Shown one piece after another: positions 49,022 to 62,074 of a DNA stretch of 64,000 nt (position 1 is its first letter; each line of letters starts with the position of its first letter). This DNA is from Selaginella moellendorffii. Taxonomy: Eukaryota; Plantae; Lycopodiophyta. The position numbers were made by a program, and so were the translations under genes. The stretch spans positions 1,024,682 to 1,088,681 of the forward strand of contig NW_003314278.1 in the NCBI RefSeq assembly GCF_000143415.4. The letters run 5' to 3'. Under the pieces are notes generated by a model. The model saw only the letters and a list, made by a program, of their open reading frames with translations, did not search any database and was not told the origin of the DNA.

Positions 49022-51545
49022 TTACAATTCCACCTCTTGCAAGTCGTCTCCAAACACTCCGGAGGAACTGGCAGCTTCGAATCCCACTGTGCCGGACTGT
49101 TGATGGTGGTGCCGATGAATCGAACTTTCCTGGTGTTGGTTTTGCTGCTGCTGCTCGACCATCACTGGCGGAGTGACTTCCAGAGCTGGAGGTGGCAGCA
49201 ACGAGATGGTCGACGGTGCTGCTGGATAGTGATTCGAATAGAACATTGCTGGCGAAGAGCCGCTCGAGAGATGATCAGGCGTTGGCCCCAGATCGTTTCT
49301 CATATCCTGTACAACCGGCTGAGCGAATGCCGCCGCTGCAAACGGTCCATTCCCGTTTGAGAATGCCGTGTCGGGGACAAAGGCCGGTGCCGAGGAAGGA
49401 TCCACCGAATGGTTGCTGTTGATATCTGGAGCAGCGGCAGCAGCGGCCGCAGGCACGAAAAATCTCGCTGGAGCCAAAGGCTTTGCGCTTGCCTTTGGCA
49501 CCACGCCAAACAGTGGAGGAGAGTCCGATGATGTCTTGGATGGTGTTACGCTACCTTTGTTGAATGTATCGACATATCTGCAAAAACCTCGTGAGATTGG
49601 AGTGCTGGGAATGCCCAAAACGGTACCTTGATCTAACGTTTTGACGTGCACGAGCTGCGTACTGGTTACTGCTCGGAGGCATTGGTGGGATTCCACTCAC
49701 AACCGGTTGCGGCCTTTCCGGAGTTGGCTGTGGTCTCTCCGGAGACATGGAAATAGGAGCGCCGTTCTCCTCCACGCGCGAGACGAGCTTGTTTGCCGTG
49801 GGAGGAGGAGCCAACGGAAGGTCTGGCGCTTGTGCCTCGGCTCCTTCTTCAACCCAGCGCTTCAGTGTCTCGTCGTATCTAAACTTGTTGCTGTCGCCAA
49901 GCTTTGCCTGCATCACGTACCAACCATCAATCAGCTAGCGCTCTTTCCAAAGCTTATACAAACCTCCTTCGAAGGTGTTTTTATGAAGCCCATCGCTCTT
50001 TGCACGAAAGAAGTAAAGACGCCTCTGTTTGGCGTTCCTTTCGCTGGACTAACGACCTGATGAAAGAATACAAGTCTTAATCGAAGGTACACAAGAGCAA
50101 GTCGAGTTACCTGTGCAGGCCTAAAGTCAGGCTCAGAAATGCTTCTCGCTGGCATGTTGGATCTTCTCGTAATATCATTTATGGGTTCCATTGATGCCGA
50201 CGAGGCAAGTGATACATTGCTTCTGCTAGAAGCTGTTGCGGGACGGTTATTAATACCAGCATTATCAGAAGCTTTCAGGGGCGAAGGGCCTATCATCTTA
50301 TGTAGACCAATATTGCCAAAAAACCGTTGCACAATTGACGTTGAGCCTCCCTGGATAACAGGAAAGTGAGTATAAAAGCCGAGTGTCCACTTAGAAACCT
50401 GAGAGTGGATATGAAGACGCTCTTCCAAGGCTACAGCCGCTTCTTTGCACACATCAGCTGCATGGCTCGCTGTTTTCAATGTTTTCAACACCGCTAGGCA
50501 ATACCTTCGAAGAGAAACCTTAAGGATACAGTTAAAAATCACTACCAACCTTAAAGCTTCGTTTATCTTTCCAGCTTCAGCAAGCATCAATGCATAAATA
50601 AGCTTGTATGGCTGAAAAGGAAGTAAAATAAACTGGGAATTGCCGGTCACTCTTGCAAATTCGTACACTTCCATTCGCTGATGAAGAAAAGGTTAACAAT
50701 TGTTATTGAGGACAAACACGGCTTACCTGGATAGCTTCTGGACTAGCGTACGTGCGTGGATACTTACAATGGTCGGCACCTATAAGACAAAGTCTGGCAG
50801 AAGGGGAGAAAGGCTCAAAACTAGCATTTGCAACAAGATAGCAAATATGGGCTCCACATATCTGCAAGTTAAAACTATGAGAAACATCAACGTGTGACCA
50901 TGTATATACCTCATCTCGATGTCTCCAGAGACAATCACCAAGATGCATAATCACTCTCTCGTCCCCATTAGTTCGGTTAGCTGCCATTATAGCCAGGTTT
51001 TCCTGCCATTCTTCAAGCATTCCTTCTACTGCGTCCTGCAAGTCAACATGCACTCCTTAAAGCAAGAGAGTAGCTTGATAAAAGTATTTCACCTGTGTTG
51101 CACCATCTACAGCGGACGCTGGAACCGGTTGAGGTTGAAGCGCTGTTACGTTCGACAAATTAGTGTTCCCTACGAACACTCCGGCATGTTGACCAGCATA
51201 AAGAAGAGTTAGAGTCCGGAGGGGAAACCCTGGTTGAAACTGACGTTGAGCCATCTCCGCTATAGTGTCGGTGTAGAACTATTAAAAACCACAAGACCAT
51301 CACTAACGGTCTATACATCAAAGCTACAAGACAAGGTACCTTCTCTCCCAGCTGCCGGGCCATAAGAAGAGCACATCCCCAAAGTTGCCCGTCTTGAGCA
51401 GCCTTCTGCTTTCCGGCAATCAGTAGCCTTTTCACCTCAAATGCAGTTGCCTGTCGCCAGAAAGTCTTCGTTTGTATCAACTCAAGAGAAAAAGACTGCC
51501 CAACCTGCATTTGCTGTTCGGTTGGAGTTGTCTGTAGACAGCGAG
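49022..51545 (-). pseudogene. SEC16: SEC16-like COPII scaffold, 3' part only, multi-exon
   Basis: EQQMQ/ATAFEV..QLWGCALL, EWQENLAIMAANRT, EVYEFARVTGNSQFILLPFQPYKLIYA, YDETLKRWVEEG, RSR/YVDTFNK, C-terminal QEVEL. Confidence 0.85.
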
Positions 51546-51549
51546 AGCC

Positions 51550-52151
51550 AAGACATCGCGCTCCTCCTTTATGTTCTCAAACAAAGCCTCAGCTTCTTCC
51601 AAATGCCCTTTCCTGGCAAATTCTGTGACGAGGACAGTCTGCGCAACGATCGTCTTCACGGGCATCCGATCAAACAAATCCTTGACAGAAGCTATCTTTC
51701 CACTGCGGATGCAAACCGTGATCATCACATTCCAAGAGATCTCGTTCTTCTCTGGAGCCAATTCGAAAATCTCTCGCGATTTATCAAGATGCCCGTTGTC
51801 GGCATATGCCGTGACGATCGAGTTCCACGTTGAGGCATCTCGCCGGAGCATCCCATCGAACGTTCTGCGCGCTCGATTTAGATCTTTCGCCTGTGCGTAG
51901 GCATGGATCATGATGTTGGAGGAGAAGAGCTTAGGATTCTCTATGGATTCCAAGATTGCACGGGCGTCATCGACGCTGCCGCATTTGCCATACATCTGGA
52001 CGAGCAGATTCGCGAGGTATTTGTTGCGGCGGTGCTCGCTCTGCGCAATGCGGGCGTGGATTTGCCTCCCCTGTGACAGATCCCGGCAGTTCTTGAGCAG
52101 TGCTCCCCAGGAGAGCAAGGAAATCACGAAATTGGGGAAGAGCAATGCCAT
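51550..52151 (-). pseudogene. PLS-class PPR N-terminal fragment
   Basis: GRQIHARI..NLLVQMYGKCGSVDDAR..FDRMP. Confidence 0.85.
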
Positions 52152-52384
52152 AAACTTTGCTGGATCTCACACACATTCGCGATTCGCGAGGTATTCCTTG
52201 CGAGAATCCGAGAATCCTGGACGGAGAAAGAACATTCCAATCTAGCTTAAGAAGAAGAAGATAATCCATCTTGCCTTGCAAGAACAAGGACACCCTGGAA
52301 GAAGCAAAGATTTTACTCTCTGGTGACAATTCCTCTACTCCACTGGGCTTATAAGATTGGCTCTCTCCTCCATTCTCTATAGCA

Positions 52385-53400
52385 ATGAATTTCCATCTCT
52401 CTTTCTTGCTCCTCGAGATACTAGTGTTCTTGAGAGCTGTCGCCCTAAATTCGCCCCCACCGCTCCGCCCAATTCCCTCATGGCGCCAGCTCCAGTTCAA
52501 CTCGCGCCGCCTCTCGATGTTCTTCCACTTCGGCGTCAACACATTCACGGACTCGGAGCGTGGATCCGGCCACGAATCGCCCTCCATCTTCAACCCGGAG
52601 CGATCTAATGCGTCGCAGTGGATGGACGCGGCTCAATCCGCGGGCGCGCAGCTCGTGATCCTCACGGTCAATCACCACGACGGGTTCTGCCTGTGGCCCT
52701 CGGCCTACACCAATTTCTCCGTGGCTGGCAGCTCTTGGCGAGGAGGGAAGGGGGATGTGGTGGCCGAGTTCGTGGCCGCCGCCAGGGAGCGTGGATTGGA
52801 CGTGGATGTGGCTTTTACCTCTCGCCATGGGATTTGCACGAGAGCTGCTATGGCGACACTCTTCTCTACAACGAGTTCTACTTGGCTCAGCTCCGAGAGC
52901 TTCTTACTGGGTGAGTGAGACATTATTTGCTTCTTCTTCACGCATTTTTCTTGGTGGCATGATCACTGTGTGATATGTTTGCATTTCCTCCAGCCCATCA
53001 AACGGTTTTAGCATTAGGAGCTCGCGAGCTTGTGGGCCTTTGTAGTTTTCATCTCTGGCAGCAGATGCCTTGATGCGGCATTTTGTTTTGGCGTGCAGAT
53101 ATGGGCCGATCTCCGAGGTGTGGCTGGATGGTGCGAAATCACCCACTGCAGTGAACATGAGCTACGATTTTGAGCTCTGGTTTGACACGATTCATCCCTG
53201 GTGCCAACATCTTTTCCGACGCTGGCCCGACATCCGATGGGTTGGGAACGAGTATGGCGAGGCCGGACAACCATGCTGGGCGATGGCGAACAGATCTTCC
53301 TTTACGATCGGCAGGAGCGATGGCCAGTACGTAAAATCCATCCTTCCATGAAAGCACAGCGTGCCGGGAGCTCCAACTGCTTTGAGAACCAGAGATGGCG
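52385..53400 (+). pseudogene. FUC1: Alpha-L-fucosidase (GH29), frameshifted and 3'-truncated
   Basis: MFFHFGVNTFTDSE, LTVNHHDGFCLWPS, YLSPWD, YGPISEVWLDGAK, PDIRWVGNEYG. Confidence 0.88.
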
Positions 53401-53599
53401 GTGAGTTTACATTTCTTAGGTTGCATGCATGCATGAGTGATTGAGAGCTCCCGGCAGGGTCATGAAGAAGAGGGAGATGACAGCGTCCCCGATCTGGAAC
53501 AAGACCCGGATGCTCACATGGAGGAGCTCGACCACGAGGCTGTCTAGTTTGTGCATACCTCGGGTTTTGCTGCACCTGCTGCTGCGAAGAGAACCGGGA

Positions 53600-54900
53600 A
53601 AGAACTGGAACCATGCTGAGACCATGCTCCTGATTGATCTCGTTCGTTTAAATGCACATTGCGGATGACAAGAGCCCCGGTCTCCAAGTGCTGCCTGAGA
53701 AGAAGACCGTGAACTTGAGGTTCATCGGGCTGTGATTGGGAGGAGGTTTTGCATCGGCCTGTGGAAGTTTTCTTTGGAGTATTAGGTGGAAGAGGAAACT
53801 TCAGATGGAGAAGAGGACCTTCTTCACCATTTGTGGCATGCTGGAGAGCGAGATCCGGAAGCAAGATACCGGTTGGAGGAGTGTGGTGCTGGTGGATGTT
53901 CGACTGGGGGTGACTTTGTACAAGCTTTTCAAGAACACAAATTACTTGGATCTGGTGGACAAGTTCGGCATTGGGGAGTCCACAGCTCATGAGATTGTCA
54001 TGGACACTACTGCGGCGATTGTCAAGTGTCTCAGGTACAAGATTCATTTTCCTTCAACTGCCAAGGAGGTTCGAGCTGTTGCTGCTGGCTTTCGACAAGT
54101 GACAGGTACATTTTCTTATGTTTTTTGGATTGTTATAAGTTTTGATGACCAATAGGAACCCGACTTCCTAATGTTGCTCGAGCGATCGACTGTACTCCGA
54201 GATCATCCGACCTACTAGACTGGACGGCAAGAGCTACTACGATCGGAAGCAGCGTTACTCGGTCATCTTGCAAGGGGTTTGTGATGCCCAGAAGAGGTTC
54301 CTCAGTGTCTACGCTGGGTGGCCAGGTATGTTTCTTTGTGTGTTGTGGATGGTTCTAAAATGTTCTTTTTGCTTTCAGGACGCGTCCATGACATGAGGGT
54401 TTTTCGTAATTCAACCCTTAGGAACAAGATTGTAGCAAGGGAGCTGCTGACATCACCCGCGGTGTTAGCATATGACGATAGGATCAAGCCATACCTAGTG
54501 GGGGACAAAGGGTACCAACTCCAGCAGCATCTGATTATTCCACACACAAGTAAGTCTTCTTCATTCTACTTTCTTTTGTTCACTTGTTTTGGTTGTTGCT
54601 CAGCTCCAAACCCGACACCATCCAAGGCAGCTTTAAACCTTCATCACCACCTTGCTCGGATTGTTATTGACTTCTTAAAATGAAGTTCAGATGCTTGGAT
54701 CAAAAACAAAGGATCCAGCCAAAGTACCTTCCCAACATCATCAAGAGTTGTTCTTGATTGATGTTGGGGAGACTGATCTTTGGGCGGAGATCCAAGCTTG
54801 GAGGAAAGAGGTGAAAAGGCTCAAGGACCAGGACCTCTTTGTTGATTATGGTGATCCCGAGCAAGCGGAAGGGGAGCCTCGTGAGATCTTCATCAGCCTT
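53600..54900 (+). pseudogene. Harbinger nuclease (DDE_Tnp_4/HARBI1-like) fragment with short Myb-like piece
   Basis: KFGIGESTAHEIV, AIDCT, GRVHDMRVFRNS, YLVGDKGY; WNHAETMLLIDL upstream. Confidence 0.78.
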
Positions 54901-54959
54901 GCTGAGAGCGATGTGGTAAGCTCTCTCTCTCTCTTGGTTTCAAGTTCTTAGTCTGTGCT

Positions 54960-55720
54960 CCAGGTTGCTTGTGTCATGTCTCTGAAGTGTCTTACGATTT
55001 TATTCAAGACTTGTCAACATTTTACAAAATCGGCCAATGGGTTCAAGTAAAAATTCTAAAGGTGACAACGAAAGCTTTAGTAAAACCACAGGGTTATGAT
55101 TTCCCTCTACAGGTTGATGCGGAAACCAAACGTATATCTCTTGGAATGAAAGCGTCATATCTGACCCCTGAGGATGGCATCAAGCCGATGGAGGAAGAAG
55201 CTATAAATGAAGAGCCTTCGAGCACAAATGTGATCATGGATAATGATGAGAGGGAGGAGGAGGACTACTTGGATCTGGCATCAAAACGATTCCCACAGCT
55301 GTGCATGTCGATCCACTCTCAACAAAGACGTTGAGGATACAGTGCCAATTGACCTGAAAGAGCAGAGTTACTTCTTGTTTATATTTACTCTTCTCATGTC
55401 CTGCTTCTCAACAGGGAGGCTGCAGCAAAAGAGAAGTTATTACAGAAGGACCAAGGACGACTTTGAAAGGCTTGTAGCAGCGTCACCAAATAGTAGCTAC
55501 ATGTGAATCAAATGCATGGCTTATTGGTTGTGTCTTGCAGACCTGAACAAGGTGCGAGCAGTGGCTGAAAGGTAACACTCTACTCGCATTTGATTCTATT
55601 TTTCTTTAGGTGTTACAATCCAAGCTTTTTTTTTATAGGGCATTGGAAAAGATAATTTATCGAGAAGAAATGGAAAAGATGAACATATGGATGGCTTATC
55701 TCAACCTAGAGAATTCTCTT
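54960..55720 (+). pseudogene. RRP5: RRP5 rRNA-biogenesis protein fragment (last S1 domain and start of HAT repeats)
   Basis: CHVSEVS..VKILK/VDAETKRISLGMKASY; DDFERLVAASPNSSYM*; EKMNIWMAYLNLEN. Confidence 0.85.
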
Positions 55721-55853
55721 CTAGCATTTGAAGAGCAAATGGCAATTACTTTAGGTGGTTATAATGATCATGGAAACTACTATAGTAAGCATGCTTGTGT
55801 TTGGGGATGGAGATCAAGGGTATGGTAGAAGACCTCAATGTTTTGAGTGCTAA

Positions 55854-58800
55854 TGTTGGGGATAAATTACAACAAAGTGTGGCAGCTTTGACCACGTGGT
55901 CAAGGTCGGTCAAAGGGAGCCTCAAGGGTTTATGAAGGTAAGGAATTTAAGACTGATGGTGCAGAGCAGCTTTTGAGGTAGTTTCACAGTGGTTGGGTAG
56001 TTATGAACCTCAAGAGGAGCATAGTCTAGTCTAGGAAAGCTAGATTGTTGATTTTTTGTGCTAAGTTATAACATTGGTATTAAAAGTGTTAATTGTGATG
56101 GCCAATTAAGCTGAATGCTGGAATCTTATTGTCAATAGTGGTGCTGATGATGGTGCTAATAGAGTTGTGGAGGTTTAGACCATGGAAGATGTGGTTCATA
56201 AGTTGCAAGCCTTTAATAAAAATCAACAAGAGATGCAAAACAAGATATATGGCATGATGGGTACCTTGTGTGAGTATGTTAAGGCACTTAAGGTTGGTCG
56301 TGGTGGCACTCCAAGTAAACCTTCCTTGGTGGATCGACTCAAGATTCTAACCTTTTTCGGTGATGGTGGTGTGGATGAGTGTCTAGCTTGGTTAGTTAAT
56401 ATGGAGAAGTTTTTGGCTACTAAAGGAATTCCGGATGCAAAGGCTTTAGTGGTTATTTCAATGGTTTTGTGTGATGCAGGTCTTCAGTGGTGGAATTAGC
56501 TTGAGGAGTCTTGTGTTACAGATAAGAAACCACTAGTGTCTACAATGGATGAGTTTGAGGCTGTTTTCCATTTATATTTTGCTCACACTGAACTTTAACA
56601 TTTTCAACAAGGGAAAATGAAGCTTGGGGACTATATTAAGAAGCTAACTCGCTTGATTAGCCATGTTCTAATGAAGGATTCAAATCAAAACAAGTCCTAC
56701 TTCATTGATGGCCTTTATAGTGAGAGCATGCAGCAACACTTGCGTCATTCTCAGCCTACAAAGAGTTGGGAGGAGCTCTTTGATGCTGCTTGTCAATTTG
56801 ACAATGACAAGTATAAGTCTCACAAGCGTTCGAGGAGTCCTTATGTTGAGAATTGTCGTGATGATCATTGTGGACACAAGGATGGGAATAAACATCACAA
56901 GCTGAAGTCTATGGTGGCTACTTCGGGTACATAGGGGTCAAAGAAGCAGAAATTCTTTGTGAAGAATTATAGACAAGGTTATCATCATTGCGGCAAGCTG
57001 GGATATTACAAGGCTGATTGTCCGCAGTGAAAAGCAAATAACATGGCAACAAGAATGGCCAATCTTCTATTAACGGTAAGTCAGATATTAAGAAGTTGTA
57101 AACTTTGTAGCGTAAAGATGACAGGGACGACCATTCCGGTTGGAGGATAAAGCTTTCGATTGTTGCTCGTCAACTTAACTATGTGTGGAACAAGATGAAG
57201 GTCGAAGACACTCATGCATCAGCTTTAATGCTGGAGGGCGTGTTCTGTGGCAGTCTAGTGTAGATTTTACTGGACAGTGGGAGTGATGACAACTTTGTTT
57301 CCATAAAGTTTGTTGAGAAACATGGCCTAGTGACACGAGAAGTTCTTCCATATATGGTAGAAAGTGCAGCTACCTTTACTCGGCATTTGGATACTTGTGT
57401 AGAAAGGCTGAAAGTGTTGGTTGGCAAAACCATACTTGTGGAGACTTTTTATCTCATGGATCTTTATTGTGTGAATCTCATTCTTGGGATGTCATAGTTG
57501 GTGAAGGTGGATCCGGAGATAAAGTGGAGTATTAAGTGTGTCTCATTGGAGTACAGTAGCATTAAAGATGTGTGGTTTGAAGAGGGAGTTTAACCTCTAA
57601 TTGTTATGCTCTCTATTACATCTTTGAAACGGGCTTATCGTAATGGAAAAACACTTTTGAGTTATTTGCTGTTTGTTCATGACTTAGGGGACCAAGCCAC
57701 ATGTGGAGGAGAGGCAATAGTGCGGACTATACTTGAAGAGTTCTCTGATGTTTTTCCCTCTAAACTTCCTTATGGATTGCCTTCATTACGAGGTGTGGAG
57801 CATAGGATTACGTTGGAGCTAGGGACACAGCCAATTTACCAGCGTCCATTTCAGCAAGAATATGGAAGAGCATAAAGCGCATTTGTGCAAGGTTCTTTTG
57901 TTACTCCATAACAACAAACTTTATGTGAAGAAGAACAAATATGAATTTGCAAAGTCGGAGGTGGAATATTTAGGCTATATTATGACATCCAAGGGTGTTA
58001 AGACGGATCCAAAGAAGGTGGCTGTGGTGGAAAACTAACTTACACCAACTTCAGTGGCTGAGTTATGCAATTTCCTTAGTATAGCTAGTTACTACCAACA
58101 TCTTCAACATAAGTTTGCAGAGGTGGCTATTCCTTTAACACAATTGTTGCACAAGAACATGCTATTCGAGTGGAACCACATGAGGATAGTTTTGTGGCAT
58201 TGAAACGGTTATTGAGCGAGCCTCCAGTGCTTCACATTGCTAATCTATCAAAACCTTATGAAATGATATATAATGTGAGTGGTTATGCACTGGGAGGAGT
58301 TCTTATGCAAAAGGGACAGCATATTGCATATGAGAGTCGAATTTTGAATCCCGTGGAGCAACGCTATTCCACATATGAGCAAGAGTTACTCTTCATTGTT
58401 CATACTTTACAGACGTGGCAACACTATCTTTATGGTGCAGTATTCACAGTGTTGACGGATCACAAACCCTTTGTATATCTTTTCACACAGAAGGAATAAA
58501 ACACTAGGCAAGCTCGTTGGATGGTCAAACTTATAGAATTTGGGGAGTTTATTATTGAGCATCGTTTGGGAAAATCAAATGTGGTGGCAAATGCTTTATC
58601 TCATGTTTGCCATGTGATGGCATTATAAACATAGTTTTGTCATCATTTGAGTAAGGTGGTTAGTGAGTTTGGGCAGTTGGTTGAGCATGCTCAGACTCAG
58701 AATGCTAAGGTGGTTTTGTTGCAAGCTCAGATGGAAGCACCTTTCTCATTAGTGGATGGGATTCTTTACTACAATGGCCATGTGTATTTGCCATGGGTGG

Positions 58801-60207
58801 ATACATTAATTACTTAGGTTTTATTCTACTATCATGATCATCCAAAGGTTAGTCATTTTGGGGGCAAGAAGACATATGAGTTGATTAAGCACAATTTCTA
58901 TTGGAGGAATATGAAAGTTGATATCCTTGAGTACTATAAGTCATGTGAGCTTTGTCAGCAGATAAAGGTGCTACAGGAGAAGTTGGGGGGACTTTTGCAA
59001 CCTTTACCTATTTCTCAGAGCCGTTGGTGTAGTATTTCTATAGACTTCATCACTTATTTGCCACGAACACAGAGGCAAAAGGAGCAAATATGGGTCATAG
59101 TGGATCGTTTGACGAAATATGTGTGGTTGTTGGTTCTTCGGAAGAGTGTCACTGCCTTAGACTTGGTTGTAGTCTACTTAGAAAAGGTTTTTCCTGATTT
59201 TAGTTTATTGGAGGATATCGTTAACAATCAAGATTCAAAGTTCACTAGTAGATTTTGAAAAAGCTTTGCAAAGGCTATACAAGTGACTTTGAAACTCTCA
59301 AGTGGAGATCATCTTTAGACAGATGGGCAAATCAAGCATGTGAATCAGGTGGTGGAGGATATATTACGCTATAGCATTAGTTAAAGGCAAGGACAATGGG
59401 ATCTATATCTTTCATTAGTGCAATTTGCCTATAACAATAGCCAACATAGTGGAACCAAGTTAAGTCCTTACTTTACCATGTTTGGAAGGCATCCTCAAAC
59501 AGCGGTGGAGTTGGAATTAGAATGTTCAAGGAAAACATGATTCAAAGGTGATTGATTTGGCCATAGAACTTGATGAGATTCTGGTGGCGTGCAAATGGAA
59601 TTTGCAAGCAACCCAAGATAAAACGGAGAAGTTTGTTAATGAGTATTGCCAATTCCAGAAATATAAAGTGAGTGATCTCGTCTTTGTATGAGTGATTTTT
59701 CCGTCAAGTGAGTAATGGAACACTTTAATGCCTTTGCGGAATGGGAAAAGTGATAAACTTTCTCATCAGTATGCTGGTCTATATGAAATGTTGGAGTGCA
59801 TCAGTAAGGTGGCTTATCGAGTGCGACTGCCAATTGGGGTGAAAATTCATTTGGTATTTTATGTTAGCCAGTTGAAAGGTATACTATTTCAGAGTGATGG
59901 GGCCTCCTTGATATATACAGCTGTGGAAGATGGATCAAGAGCTTGAGCAACATTCCCCAAAAAAGGTGATCATTGGTACAACTCATCCTTAGGACAGAGG
60001 AAGAATTGTTAGGCACTAGCTTTGACCACGTGGTCAACATTAGTCCAAGGAAGGCTCAAGGGTTTATGAAGGCATGTTAGGGTAAAGAACTTTGCAGAGG
60101 ACCTTTTGAGGTAGTTTAGGGGTGGTTAGGCGGTGAGGAACTTCAAAAGTAGGCGTAATCTAGTTTAGGAAGACTAGATTGTTGACTTTTCGTGCCGAGT
60201 CATAACA
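55854..60207 (+). mobile_element. Old degenerate Gypsy element with ~200-bp LTRs; RT core deleted
   Basis: LTR-like repeats ~55854-56073 and 60007-60207 (GCTTTGACCACGTGGTCAA..TAACA); decayed PBS at 56075; PPT before 60007; gag, LDSG protease, RH and INT remnants; no TSD recognised. Confidence 0.82.
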
Positions 60208-60599
60208 CAATTCTTGTTCATGATGTGAGGAATGTCATGGATGGGGACATAACACTGGAACTTGTGCCAAATGTCAAAAATATGCTAACAAATATTCTTA
60301 TGCTCTTTTGACATTTATGGATAATAGGAGTTCTATTTCTTGTGCTTCTTCTCTATCACCAACAAATAACAAAAGTCCTCATATTCTCTCTCTTTCATAA
60401 CATGCAATATAGAATTAGTGGAGGATGAGTAGTTTATGTTTGTTTTTGCTGGAGTCGTAAATAGTATAAATGTGATGATCTTGGTGGACTTTGGCTTAGC
60501 AATTTCCTCTGTTCAGTGTTTAATTGTTTGAAGTTTCATTATAGCAAATCTCTTGTACTTGTGTTTACTAATCATAAGTCATCAGCATAGATATTATGT

Positions 60600-61985
60600 A
60601 TGGAAACGCTGGTTGTCTACGCACGGTGTGGGCATTTGGAGGAATTGAGAAGGATCTTTGATGCATTGCCGGCCAAGACGTCGTGGATGGAGCTCACGAC
60701 CACGTATGCCGAGAGTGGGCATCCGGGCGAGGCCAAGGCAGCGTTCAATCGAATGGCGGTGCGGGACGTAGTTTCCTCCACTGCGATGGTCAAGGCGCTG
60801 GGCGATTGCGGGCGGATTGGATCGAGCAAGGCGGTGTTTGATGCGATGCCCAAGAGGAACTGCAAGACGTGGGTGACGCTGCTGCGGGGATTTGCTCGCG
60901 GTGGAGAGATTGGGCGAGTGAGAGAGGTGCTGGATCGGATGCCCAAGACAAATGTGGTAGCGTGGACGATCCTCGTGCAGGGTTTTGCGCAGCGCGGGTT
61001 TGTGGGCGATGCGAAGGCCGCGTTTGATTCCATGCCCGAGAAGAACAGCATCACTTGCGCGGTGATGCTCGTCATGTTTGCGGAGAATGGATTCGTGGAG
61101 GAGGCGGAGGATGTCTTCCAGGAGATTGTCCACCGAAATGCGATCCTCTGGGGGGCGATGCACTGCTGCTATGCCCAAAATGGGGATTTGATTCAAGCCA
61201 AGAGTTTGTTTGATAGGATGCCTCTGCACAGCATACTTTCGTGGACGATTATGATCAAGTCATACGCGCAAAAAGGTGATGCTGATCAAGGAAAACAATT
61301 GTTTGAAGCAATGCCACACAGAGATCTTGTTTCATGGAACTCGATAATCACTGTTTATGCCCAGAGAGGTCGTTTCAAAGATGCTATACGAGCGTTTTCT
61401 TTGTGTTGCTTCTGGGATTCCTATTCATGGAACACAATTCTCGTGGTATACGCTTTAGATGCAAATATTTGTGAGGCAAAGAAGACGTTTGATAGAATAC
61501 CAACTTGGAATTTGGTCTCCTGGAACACGATGCTAGCAGCATATGCCCAGACCGGCCATGCGTATTCTGCGATCCAGCTCTTTTGGGCGATGTTTCTTCA
61601 CGGCTTTGATCCCGACAAGGCAGCGTTTGCCATCGTTTTGACGGCGTGTAGCCATCTGGGGCTCGTCAAGGAAGCAGTAAGCTACTTCACAGCAATGAGC
61701 TTTGACAATGGATTGGACCCTTCGCAAGACCACTACACCTGCATTGTTGATGCTCTAGGACGGCTAGGGCGATTGGAAGAGGCCGATGATGTCCTGGAGA
61801 ATATGCCTTTGCCAGCTGATGGAGTTGCATGGGCAATGTTTCTTACCGCATGTAAAAACCACGGGGAGACGAATCAAGGGATGCATGCTGCGGAATTTAC
61901 GTGCCAGTCCAGCCTTGTGAGTGATGCATTGCTGACACGAACCACGGGAATATTCCAAGAATATTCCATGGCCTGTGGGATTTAA
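60600..61985 (+). CDS. PLS-class PPR protein (461-aa ORF), probably 5'-truncated, C-terminus supplied by an LTR
   Basis: Multiple P/L/S-like repeats and an E-domain start (DGVAWAMFLTACKNHG). Confidence 0.75.
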   Translation: METLVVYARCGHLEELRRIFDALPAKTSWMELTTTYAESGHPGEAKAAFNRMAVRDVVSSTAMVKALGDCGRIGSSKAVFDAMPKRNCKTWVTLLRGFARGGEIGRVREVLDRMPKTNVVAWTILVQGFAQRGFVGDAKAAFDSMPEKNSITCAVMLVMFAENGFVEEAEDVFQEIVHRNAILWGAMHCCYAQNGDLIQAKSLFDRMPLHSILSWTIMIKSYAQKGDADQGKQLFEAMPHRDLVSWNSIITVYAQRGRFKDAIRAFSLCCFWDSYSWNTILVVYALDANICEAKKTFDRIPTWNLVSWNTMLAAYAQTGHAYSAIQLFWAMFLHGFDPDKAAFAIVLTACSHLGLVKEAVSYFTAMSFDNGLDPSQDHYTCIVDALGRLGRLEEADDVLENMPLPADGVAWAMFLTACKNHGETNQGMHAAEFTCQSSLVSDALLTRTTGIFQEYSMACGI

Positions 61986-62044
61986 GGCCGTAACGCCTTA
62001 AGGGTTGGGAGGTTGGCCTAGGGTTCGCTCTCTTGTTCGTTTCA
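61933..62044 (+). repeat. Very short (112-bp) 5' LTR
   Basis: TGACAC..TTTCA begins exactly where similarity to the PPR paralog stops; followed by T then TGGTATCGGAGC. Confidence 0.78.
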
Positions 62045-62045
62045 T

Positions 62046-62057
62046 TGGTATCGGAGC
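62046..62057 (+). promoter_or_regulatory. Primer-binding site (tRNA-Met-i type)
   Basis: TGGTATCGGAGC. Confidence 0.88.
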
Positions 62058-62074
62058 AGCATGTTCTTTTGGGG

